The notes under the pieces: generated by a model
Seen by the model: only the letters and a program-made list of their open reading frames with translations
What the model was told of the DNA's origin: nothing
Databases searched by the model: none
Shown: in pieces, positions 1 through 8,079 of the stretch
Layout of the letters: the number at the start of each line of letters is the position of its first letter
Numbering within the stretch: the first letter of the stretch is position 1
Source of the DNA: a virus
Taxonomy: Duplodnaviria; Caudoviricetes
DNA: 64,000 bases
Reading direction: 5' to 3' (one strand)
Virus record (IMG/VR): IMGVR_UViG_3300036773_000046
Location: 1 to 64,000 of that record
Made by a program: the position numbers and the translations under genes

Positions 1-874
1 AGTGCGTGTTCACCCACGCGGACGACTGCTGCGACGTGTTAAGTGGAAACGTCTTAGCCACGCGCACGTACGCGGTGTAGGTGACGCCGTTCTGCAGCGG
101 ACCAGTCACGACGGATAGGTTGTCGTTGGCAATGAAACCCGAGTCCCAGATGGGTGTACTCGTGTCAGGGTTGAAGCCCGATCCCGCGATGGTCGCCGCG
201 TCGAACACGCGCACAACGTATGCCACCATCGTGTCAACGTTGTCGGGGTCCGAGTAAACATATGAGATCGTCGGCGTCGAGTTGTTCGTAAAGTTGCTCG
301 CCGCAACGCCCGACACGATCGGTTGCGTGTGAATGTCGATGTCGGCGTAAAGCTCGTAGATGCGTTGATTGGCAAAGAAGTTGTTGCCCTGATTAGTGAC
401 GTCGTTGGAGTCGACGACGAGGCAAAGGTTGTTTGTGACGTCGCTGGACACCCACTCCTTGCCGTAGCTGGAGGTAAGCACCTTCGGTCCACTGAACGTC
501 GTGATGGCGGTGGTGGTGCGCTTACTCGTCCAGAACCCAATGGTCGTACTTGAACTACCCGACACACGGTTGAAGTTGAGTTGGGTAGCCTGGGTGGCAG
601 GACCCGTGGCGTCACGCGCGTTGCGGATGCGTGAGAGCACGCTGTAGATGCGCTGGGTGGCGGCGTTGAACGACGCGGGGTTGGTGCAGAGGAAGTTCAA
701 TACGCCAGACGCCCCGTCAGCTTCCTCGTCGATCCACGTGCTGTCAGAGTTATCACTGACTGCATTCTTTAGATCGGTGTTGTTGTTGACCGACCCTGCC
801 GGTTCCTCAAACCATGTCGTTCCGGGGCTGCGGAAGTTGACGCTTGTCGGTCGTACAGTGTGGATCGTGCTCAT
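1..874 (-). CDS. Minor tail protein directly downstream of the tape measure gene (runs off the window edge)
   Basis: Translated by hand; absent from the ORF track because it is truncated. ATG at 874 overlaps the TMP stop (ATGA). The frame is open to position 1 (MSTIHTVRPTSVNF...). It has an N-terminal beta-sandwich followed by an Fn3/Ig-like segment. Confidence 0.75.
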   Translation of the reverse strand, partial: MSTIHTVRPTSVNFRSPGTTWFEEPAGSVNNNTDLKNAVSDNSDSTWIDEEADGASGVLNFLCTNPASFNAATQRIYSVLSRIRNARDATGPATQATQLNFNRVSGSSSTTIGFWTSKRTTTAITTFSGPKVLTSSYGKEWVSSDVTNNLCLVVDSNDVTNQGNNFFANQRIYELYADIDIHTQPIVSGVAASNFTNNSTPTISYVYSDPDNVDTMVAYVVRVFDAATIAGSGFNPDTSTPIWDSGFIANDNLSVVTGPLQNGVTYTAYVRVAKTFPLNTSQQSSAWVNTH

Positions 875-3800
875 CGCCGCACTCCCTTACGGTGATGTGT
901 GGACTGATGCTTGGTCACGATGTGCGCCTGCCCGTCCGCGTCGAACGAGATCTCAAGTCCCTTGAACGCCTCGGCGACGGCACGTGCAAGTTGATGCTCG
1001 TCGATACGTAGCCTACGTTCCTCACGGTGAAGACGGTGACGATCACGCGCGAGACGTTCGTGAAAGAGGTCGTGGCCGGCAGTGACGCCCGCCGCCGTGC
1101 CGTAGTTGCCAAGGGTGCGGTAGTCAGAGTTGATCATGCTGATCTGCTTAGGCGTCGCATCGGCCAGCGCCTGCAGCTGTGCCATCGCGGCGGGACCAGC
1201 GGCGGCGAGCTGGCCGACGAGGATGCGGTTCAAGCCTTCCTTAGCAACCTTCTTCAGCAGGCGTGCGAACATCTTCGCGTTCGCAATGGTGGCACCCAGC
1301 TGCACTAAGATCGTCTTTGCGCTGATCTTGGCCGGGTTGCCTCGCGTGTCCGTCATACCCGCACCGGCGCTGGTGATGTCAAACGTGCCGAGAATGTTGC
1401 CGTGGATCGAGTTTACCTCGTCCTTGTACGACTTGGTGAGGTTGTTGAGGTCAGCCTGAGTCTTGGAGATCTGATGCGTCAGGTCGTTTCGCTTTTGAAT
1501 CAAGTGAATCATGCGCTCTTCGCGATGCTCGAGTTCACGTAGCGCGAAGTGGTGAATCTCCGCCTCCTTGTTGAGCTCACGGAACGCCTGCCGCACGTCC
1601 TTGACGGACTTAACACCCTTCTTCTGGAAGTCGTCCATCGTCTTGTTGATCGACTTCCACTCCTCCTCGACCTGCTTTATCGCGCCCTTAGCGGTGGTGA
1701 ATTGTCGCGCGGCGTGGTGCGGGTGTCGCATCCGATGAAGAATCTTTTCAAGATCGGCCATCTGCGCGCCACGAACGAAGTCACCTCCGTGCCATGCGCC
1801 GCCGTGATCTTGATGACGCAAGATTCGACGGATGATGTCGGCGAGCTTCTTAGGCAGGATCATCTCACCCTTGTGCACGCGCGCCGTCTGATCGCGCGGC
1901 ACGTTCAACGTTCCCGTCTCGTAGCCGACGTACCCGCCACCACGCGCCAGTGAGACGATGCCGGGGACGTTGCCGAGGTTGCCGTAGGTGGAGATCGCGT
2001 AGCGGATTCCCGCGACGATGTTGGACAGTGGGTCGTAGATGTTGTTCGAGAGGTTGCGCAGACGGTACGCCTCGAACGTCGTCATGATCGTCTGCATGAG
2101 ACCACGCGACGGGTCACCCGCCGCGAAGTTGGAGTCGCTGCGGTTGATCGCGTTCGGGTCCCAACCCGACTCGTAGTTGATGATCGTGTTGACGTCGGCG
2201 ATGTCCGCCGCGTCGACTGGCGCACCCGCCAACGAAAGTGCGTGCTTGATCAGCGCGAGATGCTCACCCGCCGGGATGCTGCCGACGCGCCGCGCCGCCG
2301 CAGCCTTCTTACGTGCCTCGCCGCCGATCTTCGCGATCAGCGCACGGATGCCGTGATCCACCCAGTTGAATCCGCCGACACCCACGTCGCGCAAGATTCC
2401 ACTGGGCAGGTGATACACCGCCTCCTTGAAGGGGAACTCCGCAGCGGTGAGCGCCTTGCCCAACACCCACGCCGTGCCTTTACGAATTAAGCTAACAACT
2501 TCCTTGAAGGGCTTGCCGATGTCAGACAGCAGCGCGCCGAACCCAAACCCGACGCCAGTGCCGCCGAACTCGTGCGTCGTTCCCTTCAGTCCCTTGTTGA
2601 TCTGCCCAGGACTAAGTGGTCCCGTGTCGGCGAACCGGCCAAACGCGGCGGAGTTGCCAAGTGCGCGACCAGTGAACATCTCGTTGAACTTCTTCAACCC
2701 AGCGGCGCCACCTAGCGCACGCACCGCCTCAGGCCGGATGATTCCTTCGCCGCCGCTGAACCAGTACGACGGGACCTTCCAGATGTCACGTCCCGGCGTG
2801 TAGCCTGGGAAGACGTATCCCGGCCTCACCTTATCATTATCGCCAGGCGTGATACCACCGGCCGCGAAGGCCATCTTGTGTCCACCACCGCCGCCACCGC
2901 CGCCTCCACCACCCAGAGAGAACGTGCTCAGAGTGTTGATGTGCAGGTTGCCGGGCAGCTTGTCCAACACCCAGTCGATGGCGCGAATGAAGAAGTTGAT
3001 CACGTGAATGACGGCGTTGATGCCGTGGATGATCGCGCCCTCGATGCCGTTCCAGATCGAGCTAAACGCGTGCGACATGTTATCCCACAGGTCCGACCAC
3101 GCGTTGCCGATCGCCTTGAAGATCGGCTGCAACGCGTGCCACAGCGCCTTCACGGTGCCGGTGACTATGTTAAAGACTGGACGGCCGACGGCGTTCCAGA
3201 TGGCCTGGGCGACGTGCCACACGGCCTTCCACGCGTCGATGTAGAGCTTGAAGATCGTGCTGACGACCGCCCACCAAACCTTGAAGACCGCCTTGATGAT
3301 CTCAAAGATTGGGTGGCCGATGTTGTTCCACGCCCACTTGGCCAGGAACCACACACCCTTCCACGCGGCGATGTACGCCAGGAGGATCCCGCCGACGATG
3401 GCGTACCACACCTTAAAGACGACCTTGATCACCTCAAAGATGGGATGTCCAACGTTGCGCCACGCCGCCTGCAACGCGTGCCACGTGTACTGCCACGCGG
3501 TGACGAGCGCGTTGATGACCGCCTTGATGACGTGCCACGCCGCGATGAAGAACCCCTTGACGTCATCCCACACCTGGTTGACGATGTCCCGGAACGTCTT
3601 ACTGTGCTTGTACGCGTACACAAGCGCGGCGGCCAGTGCGATGATCAGCGAGATGATCGCAGCAATCGGGTTGGCGTCGATCGCGACGTTGACGGCGAGG
3701 ATTGCATCCCGCACGGCCATCAGGATCTTGTAGCCCTTCCACGCCGCCCAGAACGCAATGATGGCAACTGTGAGAGTTCGCACCAGGGTACCGTGTTCCC

Positions 3801-4863
3801 TGATAAACTTAGCGGTGCTCTCTAAGAGTGGCTCAATTTGCGCGAGTGCACGTTGCACGTATGGCCACGCCTGACGACCCAGGTCGATTACCTCGTGTAC
3901 CAGCGGAACCAGCACCGCCCACAAAGCCTTGAAGACGTTACCCAGCGTCGCTAGTACACCCTTACCCTTACCCGCCTCCTCGAACAGGTGCTCAATGCCG
4001 GGCAGTAACTTTTGAGAGAAGAAGTTCTCAACGGCGTCGATGACCGGCAACAGCCTGTCACCCATCTCAACCTTGAACGCCTCCCACGACGCGGACATCT
4101 TCGCGCCCGCGGTGGCCTGCGCCTCGGCTGAGTGACCAAACTCGTGATTGATCTCGGCGAGGATAAACTTCTGCGCGCGCAGTTGCTGCCCGTGCGCGAT
4201 CCATCCCTTGACCATGTCCTGCTGCGTCTTGCTAAACGACACGCCGATGCGCCGCAGCGCCGTCATGCCGAGCACGGGATCGTTCAGCGCCTTACCCAGC
4301 TGGATCGCGGCGGACTTCGCGCTCTCATTCATCGCGACGGAGGTGTCCAACACAGCCTGCGTCGCCTGATTGAAGATGTCGTTGCCCTTGCCGACCTCGT
4401 TGCGGATGCCGCGGAAGGTCAGCAAAAGGTTTTCAGACGCGCGGATCTGCGTCTGCGTGATGCCGGTGTGCTCACTCTGCACCTTGGCGAGCTCTTCCAC
4501 ATCGCCCGCGGTGACGTGTGCCGCACCACCGGTTGACTTAATCACCGCGGCGGTCTGACGAAGTTGCTTCTCTTCCTCGCGTGCCGCGGCGACCGAGTCC
4601 TTCACAAACTTAAACGCCTCAATGGCGCCAATGGCCGGCAGCGCGAACGCCGCCACCCCCTTGATCTGTTCCTTGAGCCTTGCGAACATGCCCGCCGACG
4701 CCTCGGCGGTTGCGGTGGCGGTGCTCGTCGCCGCCGCACTCATTTCCTCCGACTGCGTTCGCGTCGCCGCGGCCGCCTCGTCCACACCCGCGCGGACGCG
4801 CGTCGCAAACCCTCGCATGTCTGGGAGGATTTCAACGTACGCGCGTCCGAGGGGTGCACTCAC
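871..4863 (-). CDS. Tape measure protein with C-terminal SLT lytic transglycosylase domain
   Basis: 1330 aa. Ala-rich helical N-terminus, roughly 11-residue periodic Trp/Phe repeats, and SLT motifs (YESGWDPNAIN, SRGLMQTI, NIVAGIRY). It follows the chaperone ORFs. Confidence 0.93.
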   Translation of the reverse strand: MSAPLGRAYVEILPDMRGFATRVRAGVDEAAAATRTQSEEMSAAATSTATATAEASAGMFARLKEQIKGVAAFALPAIGAIEAFKFVKDSVAAAREEEKQLRQTAAVIKSTGGAAHVTAGDVEELAKVQSEHTGITQTQIRASENLLLTFRGIRNEVGKGNDIFNQATQAVLDTSVAMNESAKSAAIQLGKALNDPVLGMTALRRIGVSFSKTQQDMVKGWIAHGQQLRAQKFILAEINHEFGHSAEAQATAGAKMSASWEAFKVEMGDRLLPVIDAVENFFSQKLLPGIEHLFEEAGKGKGVLATLGNVFKALWAVLVPLVHEVIDLGRQAWPYVQRALAQIEPLLESTAKFIREHGTLVRTLTVAIIAFWAAWKGYKILMAVRDAILAVNVAIDANPIAAIISLIIALAAALVYAYKHSKTFRDIVNQVWDDVKGFFIAAWHVIKAVINALVTAWQYTWHALQAAWRNVGHPIFEVIKVVFKVWYAIVGGILLAYIAAWKGVWFLAKWAWNNIGHPIFEIIKAVFKVWWAVVSTIFKLYIDAWKAVWHVAQAIWNAVGRPVFNIVTGTVKALWHALQPIFKAIGNAWSDLWDNMSHAFSSIWNGIEGAIIHGINAVIHVINFFIRAIDWVLDKLPGNLHINTLSTFSLGGGGGGGGGGGHKMAFAAGGITPGDNDKVRPGYVFPGYTPGRDIWKVPSYWFSGGEGIIRPEAVRALGGAAGLKKFNEMFTGRALGNSAAFGRFADTGPLSPGQINKGLKGTTHEFGGTGVGFGFGALLSDIGKPFKEVVSLIRKGTAWVLGKALTAAEFPFKEAVYHLPSGILRDVGVGGFNWVDHGIRALIAKIGGEARKKAAAARRVGSIPAGEHLALIKHALSLAGAPVDAADIADVNTIINYESGWDPNAINRSDSNFAAGDPSRGLMQTIMTTFEAYRLRNLSNNIYDPLSNIVAGIRYAISTYGNLGNVPGIVSLARGGGYVGYETGTLNVPRDQTARVHKGEMILPKKLADIIRRILRHQDHGGAWHGGDFVRGAQMADLEKILHRMRHPHHAARQFTTAKGAIKQVEEEWKSINKTMDDFQKKGVKSVKDVRQAFRELNKEAEIHHFALRELEHREERMIHLIQKRNDLTHQISKTQADLNNLTKSYKDEVNSIHGNILGTFDITSAGAGMTDTRGNPAKISAKTILVQLGATIANAKMFARLLKKVAKEGLNRILVGQLAAAGPAAMAQLQALADATPKQISMINSDYRTLGNYGTAAGVTAGHDLFHERLARDRHRLHREERRLRIDEHQLARAVAEAFKGLEISFDADGQAHIVTKHQSTHHRKGVRR

Positions 4864-5261
4864 TTCTTGACGACCTCACCCTTCTCGTTGAAGGTAAGAC
4901 CCATGGCCCTCATGAACTCCGCGTTGGCGGCATCTTCGCCGTGCCACCACGGCGGCGCACCGTCTGCACGCGGCGTCGTGTCGACACGTTCACGCTTCGG
5001 AGTCGACCAGTACTGCACTTCGAACGGAGTGTCCAAAAACTCCTCCCGCGGGTTCTCGTGTTCCTTCGACGGCTCAGGTAGTCGCGCTACGAAGTATGCG
5101 TAGACGAGGTCGAGAAAGTCGCTGGCGTCGAGGGTTGCAGGACGGACTCCCCGTTGGATGCACTCGGCGTTGAACTCGTGCCATCGCCCGGGCTCGCAGA
5201 TTGATCCGACGAGGCTTCGGACGGCTGTGTAGGGCGCATGCCAAACTCCGACATGATCCAC
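4860..5261 (-). CDS. Tail assembly chaperone, downstream (T-like) reading frame, probably expressed as a frameshift fusion
   Basis: Overlaps the upstream chaperone ORF by about 175 nt in the -1 frame and ends at the TMP start, which is the canonical G/GT position. Confidence 0.7.
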   Translation of the reverse strand: MDHVGVWHAPYTAVRSLVGSICEPGRWHEFNAECIQRGVRPATLDASDFLDLVYAYFVARLPEPSKEHENPREEFLDTPFEVQYWSTPKRERVDTTPRADGAPPWWHGEDAANAEFMRAMGLTFNEKGEVVKK

Positions 5262-5587
5262 TCGACGATCTCCATCGCCTGTGGCAGAGAGATTGGGTCG
5301 TTCTTGTCACTCATGCGCGCGATGAACCGCTCCGCCGACTCCTCGGTGAGCACCAGCTCGTAGATGTCTTTGAAGACGTGAGCCTGCTCGCCCGCGTCTT
5401 TCTCGTCCATCTGCTCCATCGCGTTGGCAAACTGCACCAGGTGAAGCGCGGGCAACGCGGGTACGGCGTTGAAGTACTCGGGCTGTCCGGCGAGCTGGCC
5501 GCCGACGTGATCGAGACGAAACTTGATCGTCTTAGGTCGGCTGAAATCTCGTACACCCTCATCGGTGGGTGTCATTAGCTGGGTCAT
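5087..5587 (-). CDS. Tail assembly chaperone (G-like)
   Basis: AAGGAGG RBS precedes the ATG at 5587 (MTQLMTP...). Acidic helical protein two ORFs before the TMP. Confidence 0.75.
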   Translation of the reverse strand: MTQLMTPTDEGVRDFSRPKTIKFRLDHVGGQLAGQPEYFNAVPALPALHLVQFANAMEQMDEKDAGEQAHVFKDIYELVLTEESAERFIARMSDKNDPISLPQAMEIVEWIMSEFGMRPTQPSEASSDQSASPGDGTSSTPSASNGESVLQPSTPATFSTSSTHTS

Positions 5588-5652
5588 GTGGCTACCTCCT
5601 TGGCTACCCAAGAAAACGGTAGCGTCACACGCGCACGTTCACCGCACGTGTC

Positions 5653-6066
5653 TCAACCAATGGTCGAGCGCAACGCGTCCTTCAGGAACGGAGTGCCGCG
5701 TTGACCACGAACCGACGTGGCGTGAATTAAGATTCCCGACTTCGTTGTGAAGACCAGGTACGAGTAGTGCTTAGGACGAATGGGCTGGCCCGTCGGCCCA
5801 TACACGCCCGTACCGTCGTGCACGAAGCCCGCGTAATCGACGTCCGTGCCGACCTCGGCCACCGGAACGATCATCCCGTCCACAGACTTATACACGATCT
5901 TTGTGGTGATTGACTGGCGAAGACGTCCCTTATTCGCGGGAGCCATGCGCTTCGCCGACGTCTCTACCCGCAACCCGCGGCGCAACATACCCTTCATGAG
6001 AATGCCGTTGGGACCCGCCAGTGCGGCGTTCACCTCGGCGGTTGGAACTTCGACGCGCCAGCTCAT
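5653..6066 (-). CDS. HK97 gp10-like neck/tail-completion protein
   Basis: Motifs APANKGRLRQSI, YAGFVHDGT and GQRGTPFLKDAL. Confidence 0.75.
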   Translation of the reverse strand: MSWRVEVPTAEVNAALAGPNGILMKGMLRRGLRVETSAKRMAPANKGRLRQSITTKIVYKSVDGMIVPVAEVGTDVDYAGFVHDGTGVYGPTGQPIRPKHYSYLVFTTKSGILIHATSVRGQRGTPFLKDALRSTIG

Positions 6067-6587
6067 CGCTGAATCCCAACCGCGAACGAAAGCTCAGACC
6101 CGACACACGCGCCCTCGGGCCCGACGAACACCTGCTGCCTGATTAGGTAAGCCAAGATCACCCCGGTGTTGAAGTCGTTTTCGAGCACCGTTTGCGTCGC
6201 GCACAGGCAGGCGAAGGCGTCGTCGAGAACCTGCTGCGCCGACGCGTCAAACGCGGACGTGGTCGGCGGCGCGCCGTTGACCCCAACGGTTGGCGCGCAT
6301 CGGATCGCCTGCACCACCGCATCCATGCCTAAGATCGAGCCGTGTCCCATGTCCGAGGTGGCGACCTCCACGGGGAAGTTGTCGGTGAGGTAGAAGCGTT
6401 GCGCCGCGAGTGCTAGCTGCCCGCAGTCGTCGCACCCGTCCCAGGCGATGGCACCCGGCACGATCCCGACGCGCGAGATGCTCGTCGAGGTGCTCTGCAG
6501 CTGCTGCTGAATCGCGTCACGCACCTGGCCGAGGATAAAGTACGCCGCGCCGTAGCCGGTCACAGGTTGCTGATACACGCTGGTCAC
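6063..6587 (-). CDS. Neck-region virion protein (possible tail terminator)
   Basis: 174 aa, translationally coupled, located between the adaptor and the gp10-like gene. Function is inferred from position only. Confidence 0.45.
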   Translation of the reverse strand: MTSVYQQPVTGYGAAYFILGQVRDAIQQQLQSTSTSISRVGIVPGAIAWDGCDDCGQLALAAQRFYLTDNFPVEVATSDMGHGSILGMDAVVQAIRCAPTVGVNGAPPTTSAFDASAQQVLDDAFACLCATQTVLENDFNTGVILAYLIRQQVFVGPEGACVGSELSFAVGIQR

Positions 6588-6901
6588 TTAGGAATCACCT
6601 GCTGAGAGATTACGTCAAAGAAGCCCGTGCACGTTGTGGTAATGAACGCGTCGGTAAGATCTGCGGCCGTGTTAAGTGACGCCTGCGACACGCATACCCA
6701 GGCAAAGATCGAGTACTGGGCGTGCACGTTGGCAAAGATCTGGGACACCAAGCCCATGCGCTGCGCCTGCTTCGTTGGGTCGGCTAGCGGCGCGGCGCCA
6801 AACGCCGTGACCGCCGCCGCGAAGCAAGCCGCGTCGATCTGCATGGCAAACCCGCCGTCGGTCTCAACGATGCGCGCCTGATCGTAAAGCTTCAGAGTCA
6901 C
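6584..6901 (-). CDS. Hypothetical protein in the neck region
   Basis: GTG start at 6901 overlaps the adaptor stop (GTGA), which shortens the track ORF 6584..6982. Confidence 0.5.
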   Translation of the reverse strand: MTLKLYDQARIVETDGGFAMQIDAACFAAAVTAFGAAPLADPTKQAQRMGLVSQIFANVHAQYSIFAWVCVSQASLNTAADLTDAFITTTCTGFFDVISQQVIPK

Positions 6902-7719
6902 GACGACGTCCCCACCCTGCGCGGTCCGAGCGAGTCCACTGAGTAAGAACGCGCCCGTGCGCGTAACGCTTTTGGATTCCACGTCTTAATGAAGATGTCG
7001 ACGAGGTAGAGACCAGTGACGCCATTGGCGAACATGTCGGACACGCTGGGTATCGACACCGACACGCCCTGCCGTACGATGTTCGTGACCGTGCGTGGCA
7101 GGCGGCAGTCCTCGCCGTTCATCGCCTTCAAGATCTCGCACGCCAGCTCGCCGACGGCGAGGTTTGCGCCGTCAGGTAATCCCTCACCGTACTTAGCAGT
7201 CACCGACCACGTTCCGACCTGGCTGTCATCGAGCGTCAGGTTATTACTTACTGGCCACGATCCTCCGTCCACCCTCATAAGCTTACAGTTATCGTCAAGT
7301 CGGTACGCGCCAGTCACTAGCGGCATGCCGTCAACCCGTACGGTGGTGATTGAGTACACCGGCGCGGGTAGTTTGACTTCGGTAAGCGGCGTCGGGCACG
7401 TGCAGCCGTCTAAACACGATCCACAACCAGCACCAAACCACCAGCCGGGTTCATACCCACCACTTGACGTAGCACCTAGTGGAGGTGCTTGTGTGCCTGG
7501 CCACGACATCCAGCTGTCCGGAAATGGCGTGTCACGCTTCCAGTTAGGACACGGACGTAACGTCACATCCGCCATCGTGGTGAACCGCCTACCACTCAAT
7601 GCCCAGATCACTTGGGTCGCCGTCATTGCGGCGATACCGGTTGCCGTCGCCGACTCGGTAGAGACGTCGCAAGTGAACTGACACGGCCACGAAGTCTGTG
7701 GCCCGAACTGATTGCTCAT
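6898..7719 (-). CDS. Head-to-tail adaptor
   Basis: Typical actinophage adaptor features: LRPC, AVGELACEI, CRLP..VT.IVRQGVS and TG...VD.FI.TWNP. Confidence 0.65.
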   Translation of the reverse strand: MSNQFGPQTSWPCQFTCDVSTESATATGIAAMTATQVIWALSGRRFTTMADVTLRPCPNWKRDTPFPDSWMSWPGTQAPPLGATSSGGYEPGWWFGAGCGSCLDGCTCPTPLTEVKLPAPVYSITTVRVDGMPLVTGAYRLDDNCKLMRVDGGSWPVSNNLTLDDSQVGTWSVTAKYGEGLPDGANLAVGELACEILKAMNGEDCRLPRTVTNIVRQGVSVSIPSVSDMFANGVTGLYLVDIFIKTWNPKALRARARSYSVDSLGPRRVGTSS

Positions 7720-7731
7720 AACATCCCTTCC

Positions 7732-8079
7732 TTAGATCGCTGGGATCGGACCGACGGCGGATGCAACGTCGAATGTGATCAAGTTGGAAGCGTACCGTTG
7801 CACGCCGTTGCCAGCGAAGAACTGCGCCGAGTAGTGCCCAGGTGAGACAAGGTCCGTTCCCGTCCACGAGTAGACTACACGGCCCTTATTCGCTGATGGC
7901 TGCAGCACCGCAGATCTAGTAGCCGCCGTTTGATCGAACTTCTCCCTGTAGTAGAACTTGACCGTGTAACCTGAAAGATCAAGCACAGTGCCGTCAAACT
8001 CTTGAAAGTCGTAGGCTAACGGCGCTGGGATCTCACCAACGACGAATGGACCGATGCCTACGGTAGGAGGACTCGTCAT
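7732..8079 (-). CDS. BppU N-terminal-like Ig-fold virion protein
   Basis: Motifs DLSGYTVKF, GRVVYSWTGTDL and PGHYSAQF. Confidence 0.55.
   Translation of the reverse strand: MTSPPTVGIGPFVVGEIPAPLAYDFQEFDGTVLDLSGYTVKFYYREKFDQTAATRSAVLQPSANKGRVVYSWTGTDLVSPGHYSAQFFAGNGVQRYASNLITFDVASAVGPIPAI

Noticed and set aside
106-615. Track ORF of 169 aa on the minus strand
   Set aside because: It is an alternative frame of the real, edge-truncated tail gene 1..874 and has Arg/Ser-rich non-coding-like composition.
2878-3825. Long plus-strand ORFs opposite the TMP, capsid, portal and repeat genes (e.g. 2878..3825, 8587..9210, 16637..17743, 23017..23916)
   Set aside because: These are antisense shadows expected from high-GC codon bias. 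They have no RBS and no domain motifs.
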